Shown here piece by piece: positions 34,590 to 47,470 of a DNA stretch of 63,985 nt. The stretch lies in the NCBI RefSeq assembly GCF_001194135.2, contig NC_068990.1, positions 61,505,252 to 61,569,236 on the forward strand, read 5' to 3'. The stretch's first letter is position 1. Each line of letters starts with the position of its first letter. Origin of the DNA: Octopus bimaculoides (lineage: Eukaryota). Under the pieces are notes generated by a model that was not told the DNA's origin, made no database searches, and saw only the letters and a list, made by a program, of their open reading frames with translations. The translations under genes and the position numbers were made by a program.

Positions 34590-34742
34590 CATATATAACT
34601 GAAGTTTTGAATGATTTGGAACAGGGATTTGGTTGTCCGGTGGTTATTGTGGTGTTGAGAAAGATGGATGTGAGATACACAGCTAATACACTCCACCGTA
34701 CATGGTAGAGGTTCTTGCCTTTTTCTGCAGGAGAGGCGCAGT

Positions 34743-35338
34743 TGTATAGTAGAAATCGGAGTCTTTATAGAATTAGTGAAAAGGAATTAGAAAGTTGCAG
34801 AAGAGTGAGCATTCCAATGGAAGGGTGGCTGAGTGAAAGGTGAAGGAAAACAGGATCCAGTCTGCTGGTGTGCAAATAGCGGTGATTCGAAACGGAATCC
34901 CTGGATACGCGGCCAGACATCACTAGCAACCCACCATAATTTCACATGATCGGTATATCACGTGATCGCCCAATCAGCGTGATGCGATGGCGTGGACAAG
35001 TTTTCTTGAACATTTTACAATCAGACGTCTGGTACCCTATAAAAACTATTCGGTGTTCATTTTTACAATCCAGACAACCTAGGAAAGCGGCTAAGACAAA
35101 TGACGCAAATAGATGACAGGACCTTCTGTCACTATGCATATAGCACAATTGTTTCCAATTATGTTGAGTAAACCGCATGTAGCTGTATCAACAACTTGCA
35201 GTAAACTTCAAGCACTCTCTCTCCCAGTTTGAAATTATTGTTGTTGTTACTTGTGAAAGACCAAGGCAGTTTGACATCATGTGCGATAATAAAATCTTTG
35301 GTTAAAATACTTACGGCTGTTGGTCTGTTACTTCTACA
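34743..35338 (+). mobile_element. Solo LTR (596 bp) with 6-bp TSD
   Basis: TGTA...TACA termini; CGCAGT at 34737-34742 and 35339-35344; CCAAT, TATAAAA and AATAAA in LTR order. Confidence 0.8.
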
Positions 35339-35765
35339 CGCAGTCCAAGAAACTTGTTTCATTCATCAACTCAACCAGCTACCTCAGCAGCCAACAGCAC
35401 AACACCACAAGTGATATGTTTATAGAAGGCAGTGGGTGAGCAATGATACAGTTGAAACCTGGGCATGGTGGCTGCAAGATCCATAACCAATCAAAGCTAT
35501 CCTCGACTGAATAAAAAGCTAGGTATCAATTCAAATACGAAGACTGAATCGATGCTACATAATTTTTAAAGTTACTTTTACGTTTTGTTGTGTCTCTTCA
35601 AACACCGAATGAAACTTATATGTAATTGTTACTATAAATGCAGGAACGAAATTTGCTTAGATGCTGCAAACTCAGGTCCAAAACGTTTTACAAACAAGGT
35701 TGCTGTTTTCTTTTCTTTTTTTTCTTTTTTTTTTTTCAGTCTTAATATCAAAATAAACACGTTAA

Positions 35766-35970
35766 AGCGACGAGCTGGTGGAATCGTTAGAACGCCGGGG
35801 AAGAATGATTAACAGGATTTCGTCCATCTTTACGGCCTGAGTTTAAATTCTGCCGAGGCTGACTTAGCCTTTCGTCCCTTTTGGGGTCGATAAAATAGGT
35901 ACCAGTTGGGCTCAATGTAATCGACATACCTCTACCGTCCCACCTCTACCTACTCTGAAATTGTTGGTAT
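35766..35970 (+). mobile_element. SINE family A, diverged
   Basis: GCGACGAGCTGGTGGAATCGTTAG...GAGTTTAAATTCTGCCGAGG. Confidence 0.75.
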
Positions 35971-36264
35971 AATAATATTCATCATTGTATATTTGTAGAT
36001 CAATCATATCAGATAGATCAATAACGGAAAAGTAATGTTTCAAATCAGTTCGCTTTGGTGATGAAATTTTTTTAGGAGGATGTTCAAAGAGTTTTCATTG
36101 CCCCCCCCCCCCACAAATGTTAGAGGAAGCGCTTGCACCCATTGTGCTCTCTGTTCCCGAGCCTATGATTGTTACCATTTACGGCATAAACATTTATATG
36201 TCTATTCTAACTTTTGTATAGAATCTTACATCAGATAATGCTTAATTACTGTAAATTGTATACC

Positions 36265-37414
36265 TGTAAGGGACGACCGTGCGAACTCAAAAAGGAGAAA
36301 TGGTGACGAATGGAAAAACAGAGGACTCCTTTTATTTAAACGTGTCACACGGTCGAACACATAATTATATATCAAATAATGATATACATGATATGTTATG
36401 CGACGATAACATAGATGACCAGTAATGAAAGACCACAACCGTATTAGATGAATAACAGAAATATTTATTGTAGCATTAAAGATGTATGTCTGTGTGAGAG
36501 TGTGAATGCGACATATAAGAACATTATCAAAGACAGGCCGTCATACAAAGAAAAGTATGTATGTGAGTGATACATGTGTGTGTATGTTAGTTATTACAGC
36601 AGATGGAAAGAGAGTCAATAACACGTGAGCAATTATACCAGTNNNNNNNNNNNNNNNNNNNNNNNNNNNNNNNNNNNNNNNNNNNNNNNNNNNNNNNNNN
36701 NNNNNNNNNNNNNNNNNNNNNNNNNNNNNNNNNNNNNNNNNNNNNNNNNNNNNNNNNNNNNNNNNNNNNNNNNNNNNNNNNNNNNNNNNNNNNNNNNNNN
36801 NNNNNNNNNNNNNNNNNNNNNNNNNNNNNNNNNNNNNNNNNNNNNNNNNNNNNNNNNNNNNNNNNNNNNNNNNNNNNNNNNNNNNNNNNNNNNNNNNNNN
36901 NNNNNNNNNNNNNNNNNNNNNNNNNNNNNNNNNNNNNNNNNNNNNNNNNNNNNNNNNNNNNNNNNNNNNNNNNNNNNNNNNNNNNNNNNNNNNNNNNNNN
37001 NNNNNNAGACTCATGTTGCTGATGCGGCGACGGCGGTGGTCATCGTTGGCTGGACGAAGCTGTTGAAGTGGTCGCTGGCTATTTGTTGCTGCTGCTGTCG
37101 TGTGGTACACGGAACAGATCTCAAAGAGAAACTGGACCGAGACAAATTTGTTGGGTATGAGTTGATCTATTTATAGCGTTAAGGGGGCTCCAAGATGGGA
37201 GTAGAAAAACACTATCACGTGACCTTATTAAGGGCTGTGATTGGTCAGTTTGCGTTCTGGCGGGAACGGTTCGAAGAAGTTGCCGATTCGAATAATGATC
37301 AGTCACGTGATGACAAGGTTAATGTTTTCCGCTATGTTCGCGTTTGTTTATATTTAAATGAGAAGAATGGCGATAGTAGTTTTGTATCTAATGGCGGTAG
37401 GTAGTTTCACTACA
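36265..37414 (-). mobile_element. Solo LTR, copy 1 (central assembly gap), 4-bp TSD TACC
   Basis: TGTAAGGGAC...TTCACTACA; TACC at 36261-36264 and 37415-37418; minus-strand CCAAT, TATAAATA and AATAAA; homologous to 49760-50871. Confidence 0.85.
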
Positions 37415-37486
37415 TACCCATATAAGTAAAACACTTGTACAAAAGCTGGCTCCTTACTGCTATTTCTAGCGTCGGAAATCACCACT

Positions 37487-37999
37487 TGTGACGACGAGGT
37501 CTGTTGAGATTTTTGACAAACAAACTTTTATTCTTTTTGTACAAAACAAAAGACAAAACTGTTGTTTCTACGAACGACAAATGTTGAGAGTTTGAACATT
37601 ATTGTTCTTGGTGGAATTGTAATAATATTCAAAAAGTTAATTGCTAGTTGTTGCTTTGATGTCGCCGATAGTTCGTTATGCTGATGTCAGCGCGGTTCAG
37701 TACAGCAGATGTCCGTGCGCCGTTCGTCTGCCGTGTCGTCCCAGCTGTGCTTCGTGCTCTCTATCTGGTAGTCACGGAGTCTCTATTTTATACTGATTAA
37801 TGGTCTCAGAAAGAAGCGCAGCAAAAGCTGAAATTGTCACAGGGGCCAATTCCATGTGAAGTTGCGATTGGTCAGATTTTGTTGATCACGTGGGTAATAT
37901 TCTAGTGAACCTCGACATCAGGTGATATCTGAATATTCCCGCTATATATTCATATGCGCAGCGCACATAGATATTTGTAGCTTTGATCATTAGACTACA
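37487..37999 (-). mobile_element. Probable solo LTR (about 510 bp)
   Basis: TG...CA ends; minus-strand CCAAT, TATAAAATA and AATAAA in order; flanks ACCACT and GCCACG give only an imperfect TSD. Confidence 0.55.
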
Positions 38000-40172
38000 G
38001 CCACGCTAGGATAGCATATTCAACCTAAATATATATAAAATAATGGAGGCAGCTGATTTTGCAATGGAAACAATATTATTTTGATTGTTCCCCGCCCCCG
38101 CCTTTATTACTGATACAATCTGTTGATCTCGTCAGAAGTCTCACGGTGACAAAAAGCAGGATGTGAACTCAGAACGTGTTGAGTATTCACAAAGCCTTTT
38201 GTACGACACTCTAAAAATTCTTTCAACTTACTGCCTTATATTGGCACATAATTTATCGATCCCAAACTACGAAAGGCAAAATTGACATTGGCAGGGGTTG
38301 AACTAAGATCAGGGTCATAACAAATAACACGAAGCATCCCGACCGTTACGTAAACGACTCCCCCGATTCACAACCTCGTAATTAGAGTATTGGGTTCCCA
38401 ATGGTGAGGATTTGGACTACATCTGTGGAATGATGGTAAGTTGTGTCCTTGAACAAAGCATTTCATTTCACTTTGCTCCAGTCTTACCGGCTGAAATGAA
38501 CAGCAGCAATAACTGGCGGATAAAAAGAAGTGCAAAATGACGTCCCGCTTAAAAGAGCGTATTATACTCTCAGTCGCTTCTACACATCAGAAACTTGGCC
38601 TTATTTCCAAAAACGCCAGCTTAATTTTATTCGTCCTTATCGAAAGACATCTGTTGGTTTGTCCTGTTGTTATTCCTACTGTATTTGTGTAACATTGTTC
38701 GTTTTTTTTTTCCGTCCTTCTTTTTGTATACATTCGCTGCTTTCTTCCAAGGAATCTAATGCTCTTAGCTTAGNNNNNNNNNNNNNNNNNNNNNNNNNNN
38801 NNNNNNNNNNNNNNNNNNNNNNNNNNNNNNNNNNNNNNNNNNNNNNNNNNNNNNNNNNNNNNNNNNNNNNNNNNNNNNNNNNNNNNNNNNNNNNNNNNNN
38901 NNNNNNNNNNNNNNNNNNNNNNNNNNNNNNNNNNNNNNNNNNNNNNNNNNNNNNNNNNNNNNNNNNNNNNNNNNNNNNNNNNNNNNNNNNNNNNNNNNNN
39001 NNNNNNNNNNNNNNNNNNNNNNNNNNNNNNNNNNNNNNNNNNNNNNNNNNNNNNNNNNNNNNNNNNNNNNNNNNNNNNNNNNNNNNNNNNNNNNNNNNNN
39101 NTGTGTGTGAATGTGCGTGTGAAGTTAATTTAAATTCAATATTGTTGTTATGACACAATACTGGTAAATTTTGTTAAAAAAATATGCTATAAATTATCTT
39201 GGATTTCAAAAAGTTTTCAGGCCACTACCGACCTTTCTTGCTTAAGAGAAATCGAATTTAAAGTTTATATTTTTAGATTTTCGGAGATGGCAAATTTATC
39301 GGTTAAATACAAAGTGAGGTCACTCAGATAGCTAAAGACTAGTGTGAAGTTAATATAATCTTCATCTTGTTTTGATGTTTGTGGTGTCGTTTAGGCAACT
39401 TTGAGTACTCAATCATCGCTCTAACATGTTGATTTGAACCATAACATAGTTTACAGGATGTACGATAGGATGACATACCCTTTGTGGCTCTTTACAATGC
39501 TCTCTCAGTGCAGGAAACCTGGTTGTTCGAACCAGAAACATATACTTCACTGTCGATAGATTTATACAGAATACTTTGTTGTACACAATTGTATAAAGGT
39601 AGAGATAATTTAACATTAAATAACGAGAAATTTGAAAACAAGAAAGGGTTAACATTAATCATACGTTTGTCAACTGAATATTGAAACAAAATGAATATGT
39701 TAATAAGATTTACATTTGTTGCTACAAACATTTTTGAGGATATTTTCTTGGCATTTCTATGATAAAGTAAAATAGTTTCTTCATTAGCTGCTTGATTAGC
39801 GTCAGATATCAACGGAGTCATAATCACGCATCTACACATGTCTTTGGTTACAAGTGCGCATGTACCTGACACTGCGTATGAAAGTGTGTTTGTGTATGTT
39901 GTGTGTATATGCCGGTTTCCTTTGCACATTTTCTCTCTCCTCTCTCTCTTTCTCTCTCCTCTCTCTCTTTCTCTGTCTCTCTCTCACACACACACGTGCA
40001 CGCACACACATCATTTTGTCTACGTTTTATTTGCAACGTACCCAGATATGCATCTATATATACATGTAGATGTAGGTGTGTACATACATGTACGTATATA
40101 TGCATATACTCATTTATTATTTGTATTATATATATATATATATATACTTAAATAGATAGATAAGATAGATAG

Positions 40173-40403
40173 AAAGGTGGCGAGCTGGCAGAAACGTTAG
40201 CACGCTGGCCGAAATGCATAGCAATATTTCGTCTGCCACTACGTTCTGAGTTCAAATTCCACCGAGGTCGACTTTGCCTTCCATCCTTTTGGGGTCGATT
40301 AAATAAGTACCCGTTACGCACAGAGGTTGATATAATCGACTTAATTCGTTTGTCTGTCCCTGTTTGTCCCCTCTGTGTGTAGCCCCTAGTGGGCAGTAAA
40401 GAA
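40173..40403 (+). mobile_element. SINE family A, full length and little diverged, 13-bp TSD
   Basis: ATAAGATAGATAG at 40160-40172 and 40404-40416; A-box-like GAGCTGGCAGAA and B-box GAGTTCAAATTCC. Confidence 0.92.
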
Positions 40404-40798
40404 ATAAGATAGATAGTACATGCACACATTATTTTTATAAGGAAAAGTTCACATCATTTTTATATGGAAAAGTTTGACTCAGTAGATTTCGAAGTTTTGG
40501 CTTAGTTGCTTTCGTCAGGCACTTTGACTGAGATGTATAAGCCGAACGGTTGAAGTTACAGCTGATGTTTTTCACGTAAGAATAAAATAAATAGGATGCT
40601 CCACCTGAAGGTATCGAGTGGGTGCTTCAATTAATGTGTGTTTTTATAGAGATAAAACATTACAAAAACAAGTATTAATACACGTATGCACACAGGTAGA
40701 TCTTTCACGGATATATAAGGATGAACAGAAGTCATCGTACTGTGTTGGGTACATCAGGGTATGTTGATTTTTGTTTATTCTTTATGTGTCTCGACCAT

Positions 40799-40875
40799 AC
40801 GTGCACTGATGAATAAAAGATGCAGCTTACTACATAGTTTTTGCTGTATTAATTATGAAACCAGTGGTTTGCCGT
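40799..40875 (+). ncRNA. Type I hammerhead ribozyme candidate with complete catalytic core
   Basis: CUGAUGA (40806-40812) and GAAA (40857-40860). Stem II is 4 bp + 2x2 loop + 8 bp. Stem III is ACC/GGU with a 3-nt loop. Triplet GUU (H17=40869). Stem I is 6 bp with one bulge. Folded by hand. Confidence 0.75.
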
Positions 40876-41570
40876 TAAGTTAAATGTTTTTAGGAGGTTA
40901 ACTTTGAAAGTTGCATTCCCTCGCTTTCGGTAAATATGTACTTATTTTTGGTAGTTTTGACTTATTAAGTCCCTCTAAGCGTGAGGCATTACTATATAGT
41001 AATTGCCCTTATATAAATTATATATATTTATGGAAAAAAACGATGGGTTTATTTTCCTTATGAGGTTTTTTTCACGCTGACTACTTGATAAATTCTTATA
41101 AAGATTTTATCCTATATTATATATATATATATATATATATAGTTTATGTTTAAAATTAAAGTTTATATAAGAGAATTAAAAATGTAGTATCCAAACCTTG
41201 TTTTGAGTATGTCCTTAGTAGTGTGCTTTAAGAGCACGTTCACCACATGTGGCTACCAGGCGTCATTCGCGGTACTGTACTTTAGTCGCAAGATCTTCGT
41301 AAGGAATTCCTTGGTGCCTGTTTAATATATTTTAAATAAATGAAAGAGAAGTCAGAATGTACCAACACCATCCTGCCACACACAGTAGCGAGATGTACTT
41401 ATTATAACACTGTAACGTGGTAACGTTTCTTCTGTACTGTAGAGTGCATTCGATTATATATATATAGCGTTCCCATCCACTAGGGAGCAGTACAGATATA
41501 AGCCGAAACGATCGTCGTGCTGAATACAGCTTACAGTACACACTGTCTTCCATTTCATTTATTATATATA

Positions 41571-41601
<31 letters not shown>

Positions 41602-42309
41602 AGATATANNNNNNNNNNNNNNNNNNNNNNNNNNNNNNNNNNNNNNNNNNNNNNNNNNNNNNNNNNNNNNNNNNNNNNNNNNNNNNNNNNNNNNNNNNNN
41701 NNNNTATATATTACTCTGATTTAATCTAAACCATTGCAGAACCTCATTTGTTAACACGAAAGTTTGTAGACAAATTAAAATGTATGTTTAAAAGATAGTT
41801 TGTTTCCAAATCTCAGCCAAGACCGAAAGTCTACATCCAAAGTGCTCCTTTAGAACAAAATAAATCAACAAAAAATATATGCATATAATGAAGATAATGT
41901 AACGACAGTACATTAAGATAACTAACAAAATTAGATATTAAATAAACAAAATAAAAATCAATAAAAAAAACATCCGTTACTCATTTCAAAGATCTCGCTA
42001 ACACAATGATATAGAAGTGAACGTATGTTAAAATAAAATATTAAAGGTGATATTACATAATAAATATATAAATTAGCTGGAAAATGAAAGATCATTAATT
42101 AAATTTGTTAGAGAAGCAAAAAAAAAAAGAAGAAAGTTTAATTTAAAGAATAAAAAGTTATAAATTAACAATTGAAACATCATACTGCTTTTCACCCGAG
42201 TTTAACAGACAGTCTATTCAGCCAAATGAAAGAGAATAGTTGTAGGAAGGTGGACAATATGGATGAGGAATAATATCAGCTCTTCTATGTTTTATGAAGA
42301 GAACTCCTT

Positions 42310-43130
42310 AGAAGTAGGTTCTTAGGTTATTGTTTTACAGAAAGTATCCAAGGGATACCACAGCCTATTATTCTGGACAGTAGAAAAGTATTGCAACATT
42401 TAATCAGAAAAATAGTTCAGACTTGACTGGACTTCCTCTAACAATGGTATGTTCTCACACCGGAGACGAAATATATCTTTCTCCAATTGGTCTAATATGG
42501 TTATTTTTAAAAATTTGTTTCTCTTCTTCAGAGTTCAGTCGTTGCACGATCGAATAATCCCCTTCCGAGCCATTCAAATCCTTTTCATTCTCCTCCGGGT
42601 CCTTGAAAGTACCCAAAGATATAATTTCTTCAACTGTACTCTGTTTCAAATATTTCAGCGCCTCTCGAAGAGACGGCAGCATTCCACAATGCTCTCTGAA
42701 AAGAGTTCAAGCAGTTAGAGTTCCATGATTTTTTTTAGTAAAAACCCAACGTCTGCGATGGTGAAGCTTTTCTTTTTAATATTATGTCACTGAGGAAAAT
42801 TGCTTTTAATCAAGTCCTCAAAAGATGCTTTGTGTGCTTTACATTTTTTTTTTTAATTTGCAGCCATCTGTTGAGTCATGAGCTGTAGTATGAGGAGGTA
42901 TGAAATGACATTTGATAAAATCAAACTCTTACATCATCAGGCCCATCGCCAGACTTTGGTGCCCGGAGGTACTTCAGAATATTCTTGGTAGGCACGAATT
43001 TGTATTATAGGAAGACTTTTGTAGACGGAATTTTCTAAATCTGAGGGTACACCATTGAAATAATGAGGAGGGCACTGCCGTTCAGTCAATTCCCTTAGCG
43101 ATGGGCATGGTTTAAGAAAAATAGTCAGTC
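42310..43130 (-). pseudogene. Heavily decayed Tigger/pogo-like transposase remnant
   Basis: Minus-strand blocks FIKCHFIPPHTT (cf. FLPPNTT), KSWNSNCLNSFQRALW, TVEEIISLG and PLDTFCK occur in pogo/Tigger order. Confidence 0.6.
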
Positions 43131-43194
43131 AGACATCAAGAAATGTACTGCGGGAAGATTTTTGGGCAGGTGTCTTCTGCTATAGCTTCGGGTA

Positions 43195-44025
43195 GACCAA
43201 AGCCTTGTGAGTGGATTTGGTAAACGAAAACCGAAAGAAGCCCGTCGTATGTATGTGTGTGTGTGTTTGTATGTGTGTATATCTGTGTGTGTGTGTGTTT
43301 GTGCTTGTGTCTGTCCCCACCACCATCGCTTGAAATCGGTGTTGGTGTGTTTACGTCCCCGTAACTTAGCGGTTCGGCAAAAAAAACCAACGATAGAATA
43401 AATACTAGGCTTATAAAGAAGTATTTTGTTCGACTAAAAAGGCTTAAGGTGGTGCTCCAGCTTGGCCAGAGTCAAATGACTGAAACGAGTAAAAAAAAAA
43501 AATAGTAGACTAAAAGAATAGGTTTTACTCTCTCGGCATACTGAAATTTTTTTCGTATAAAACGATGAATCAACAGCAATTTTTACAATGAACATTACAT
43601 TTCTATTCACAAACGCCCCACGGGTTCTGATTCAAATAAAATAAATCAGAACGAGGTTACTGATTCGTTGACTCAGCTACATGTTTGTTTTGTCCAGGTT
43701 CAGTCCCACTGCATGGTACCTCGGGCAAGTGTCTTCTTCTATAGCCTCGGGCCGACCAAAGTCATGTTAGTGGATTTGGTTGACGGAAACTGAAAGAAGC
43801 ATGTTGTGTGTGTTTCCTTTTTGTCTGTTTTTTTTCCGCACTACCCTTTGAGAACTGGTACTGGTGTGTTTACGTCCATTTAACTTAGCGGTTCGGTATT
43901 AAATTTCGATAGAATAAGTACCAGAGTCAAGAAAAATGGGTTCGATTCATTTGGCTAATAATTCTTCAAGGCGGTGCCCCAGCATGGTCGCTGCCTAATG
44001 ACTGAAACAAGTAAAAGATAAAAGA
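43195..44025 (+). mobile_element. Two SINE family B copies (about 43195-43505 and 43695-44025)
   Basis: GTGGATTTGGT...GAAAGAAGC bodies and (C/T)CCAGC(A/T)TGG...AATGACTGAAAC tails. Confidence 0.85.
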
Positions 44026-44404
44026 TCCAGTAAACTCCATATAAAATGCATACTTGCATTTATAAATACATATACATATACACACATGCACGCCCACACA
44101 CATATTGTATGAGACATCTGCAAGCGGGGCTTAGGGCTTTAAAAAGAAGAAATACGCCACAGGAAGCGAATCATCTATAACTAGCAAGGAATTATGTTAC
44201 TAATTGCACCAAGTGTATCTATTCAAATAACAATGACGTTTGGTTTTTCTTTTTTTCTTTTTTTACTGGATAAGCTTTGCAATTTGCTATCGCATGAGAA
44301 TCGCAAACAATGTAAAAGCTACTTGCGCACCAGCAAATATGCTACCCCAATTAAGAATTTTGGTCTTTTATTCGACTGTATTAGACGCTAATAGGGGAAG
44401 CCTA

Positions 44405-44760
44405 TCTATATGCATATATGTATGCGTGTACATTTATATATGTATATCCACACACAGAAATACACAAATACACATACATACATATGCACATTCATGCATG
44501 TATATGTGTATACATGTATATGTGAATACATGTATATATGTGTATACATGTATATGTATATACGTGTATATGTATATACGTATATGTATATACGTACATG
44601 TATATATGTGTATATATACGTGTATGCATACCTACATCATAAATACATACATACACGCACATATACATACATACATACATACACACACACATGCATAGAT
44701 ACATACATACATACATACATGCATACATACATACATACATACATACATACATACATACTC
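44405..44760. repeat. Compound (TA)/(TG)/(TACA) microsatellite
   Basis: Direct reading. Confidence 0.9.
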
Positions 44761-45643
44761 AGTCCTGGGAAAACAGAAAATGAGTCAATCATGTTTTTGT
44801 ACATTTGACACATTAAGTTGAAATATGCATTGCAATTTAAACAGGTTATTTGTTCTAAACATTTGGACCACTTCTTTCATATTCTCTTAATAGTATTTTA
44901 AGGAGAAAAACGTTGCATGCAGAATTTTATGTAGAAAAATGAAACTTTGAAACTTTTCAGATTTTCATCTTTCATCCTTAAGGGCCAATATATCAGGTAA
45001 GATGAAAGAGATTGAAATTGTAAATATGGAAAATTTCTAAATGAGTTGTTTTACGCTGTGCTTTATGATGGAAAAAAAATTTGATAAATGTATTTAAAAA
45101 TGTCAAGAAGCATATACATTTGCGTTTCTTATAAATAGAAGTGTACAAGAAATTTCTTTTAATGTTTAAATGAAAAGTTGTGTGCAAACGATTCCAATTT
45201 CAGTCTGGATTGATAGATGAAGTCATGTATATTTTTGTTAAATATGTCTCTAAAGGCAAAAGAAATTCATGCTGAGCTGAATGTTATTTAATGTTATATA
45301 AATTCAAATTTCTATTCTTCTTGAAGCAGGCATAACAACCCCCCCCCCTTCGGTCATGAATGACTATCAGATTGCACCTAGAATGTTACCCTCCGAGACA
45401 CAAGACTGGGCAAGGTTGTTTATGGAAGACCAGTAGTCACCCGTGCATAGCAGCCTCCCTTCTCGCCACCGCTTATATCCAAGAGAAAAGCTAAGGATGG
45501 TGTAGCTTGGCACCAGTGACGTTGCAACTAATTTCTACAGCTGAGTGAACTGGAGCAACATGAAATAAAGTGCTGTAGTAGACTAGCGAGGTTAGATGAA
45601 TTACGTCCCTTCGCGGGTAAACGCCATCAGGTATCGTCGCAGC

Positions 45644-45858
45644 TGGTGCATTTTAGAAAATGAAGTAAGGAGTCGATATCCTCCACCATCATGACTACAA
45701 GAACTGGAGACAGTTTTAGCTGAAGAATGGACAAATATTCCTTTGGAAACAATTCAAACTTTGTATGAGTCCATATCTCGTAGAGTTCAAGCTGTAATTA
45801 CTGACAAAAAAATTGTTTGAAATTTTAAGGTGTTTCCATTATTTTGTCCAACCCCTTT
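45644..45858 (+). mobile_element. Tc1 transposon 3' fragment with right TIR
   Basis: WCILENEVRSRYPPPS*LQELETVLAEEWTNIPLETIQTLYESISRRVQAVI, then GGTGTTTCCATTATTTTGTCCAACCCCT. Confidence 0.85.
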
Positions 45859-45914
45859 ATATACTCTTTCACATATACATCATCATGTGCGTGTGTGTGT
45901 GTGTGTGCGCGTGC

Positions 45915-45953
<39 letters not shown>

Positions 45954-47036
45954 CGTGCATGCCTGCGTTTATAATGGAGAGTAAGAGAGAAATTACCAGA
46001 AACTGTAATTTTCCAAGTAATTACTATGAGTTACCCGTTACAAATCGTCGGACGATTGTTCGAAATGGAACTTAAAATTTATTATTTTGAATCTATACTG
46101 CAAGTTTTAAACAGATAGTGAGTGTTGACTGGCGAATAGAATATAACGGAAACGCTAACAGAACATAACGGATAAGATAGAATTTGGAAGATAAATATAC
46201 TTTTTCTCTCAACCTAATATTGTAAAAGTGACTACTAAAAATATGAAGCAAAATTAAATAAAGTGAAAATGTAATTATAAAAAAATATACATACCGATAT
46301 GTGCTTGTGTTTTTGTGTGTGTGTGTGATTGTACAAAGAGGACTATTATGCAAAATGTAAGAAATAAAATTTTCAAAAACAAGTATCTTAAAATAGCATG
46401 TTTTCATTATCTATTAATTTTCTCGATTGGTAATATAAAATTTTGGCACAAAATTTTCACGGGTTGTCAACACTTATAGACAAGTTACGATCTTGTATTC
46501 AGTCTATTCTAGTCTCAGAACAAAATAACTACTTTTCATTGAGGGAAAGTGAACAAGGCAACTTAGAACAAAAATTCTCAAGGTTGTAAGATGACGCAAA
46601 ACCCGGAATGGGCAAGTAAATGCTAATACTTTCCATGGATAAAATACACTTAGAAACAATTGTATCGTTGCTTCTTTAGTGTTTTCTATAAGTATGAGTG
46701 TGTTAGCAACACCTTACCTTAAAGGTATTTTTAGTAAACTTGATATAAGATATAAACCAGTATACTCATAAAGAAAGAGACTTGATACAACTTAATCCAA
46801 GACTGTAAATATATCTCAGAGGTTTTTTCTAAATCTATCTAAATAATGACTACAAATATTACGATGTATAAAAGAGCTTGCAAGGTAGCAATTTTATTTT
46901 AGAAGCATGGAATTTGAAATGCAATGGTTTAACACAATTCGTGCTCATCGTGACTATCCACGGCGTCTTCAAGCAACTCATCACTATTTTTATTAATTTA
47001 TGATTAGTTACCGAAGAACAGAAGAAATTTCTTTGC

Positions 47037-47470
47037 AAGCGTAGCTGTATGGTAAGAAGCTTGCTTCCTAAAAGCACGGTTCTGCGTTCAGACCCACTGC
47101 ATGGCACCTTGGAAAGTATCTTCTTCTATAGCCTCAGGCCGATCAAGGTCTTGTGAGTGGATTGATAGACGGAAATTAAAAGAAGCCCGTCGTGTAATTA
47201 TATATGTGTGTGCATATATGTGTATTATGTATGTTTATGTGTATGTGTGTGTGTGCGTAAGTGTCCTTGTATCTGTGTTAGTCCCCCACCATTGCTTGAC
47301 AATAAGGGTTGGTGTGTTTACGTCCCCGTAAACTAGCGGTTCGGCAAAAGAGACCGACAGAACAAGTCCCGGGTTTTTTAAAAATTAAGTAGTGGGGTCG
47401 ATTCATTCGATTAAAAATTCTTCAAGGCGATGCCCCATCATGGCCGCAATCAAATGACTGAAACAAGTTA
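47037..47470 (+). mobile_element. SINE family B, full length
   Basis: GCTGTATGGTAAGAAGCTTGCTTCC head to AATGACTGAAACAAGT tail. Confidence 0.85.

Noticed and set aside
40173-40260. tRNA genes at A/B-box-bearing sequences
   Set aside because: They continue into shared SINE bodies and tails and do not form complete cloverleaves; they are SINE heads.
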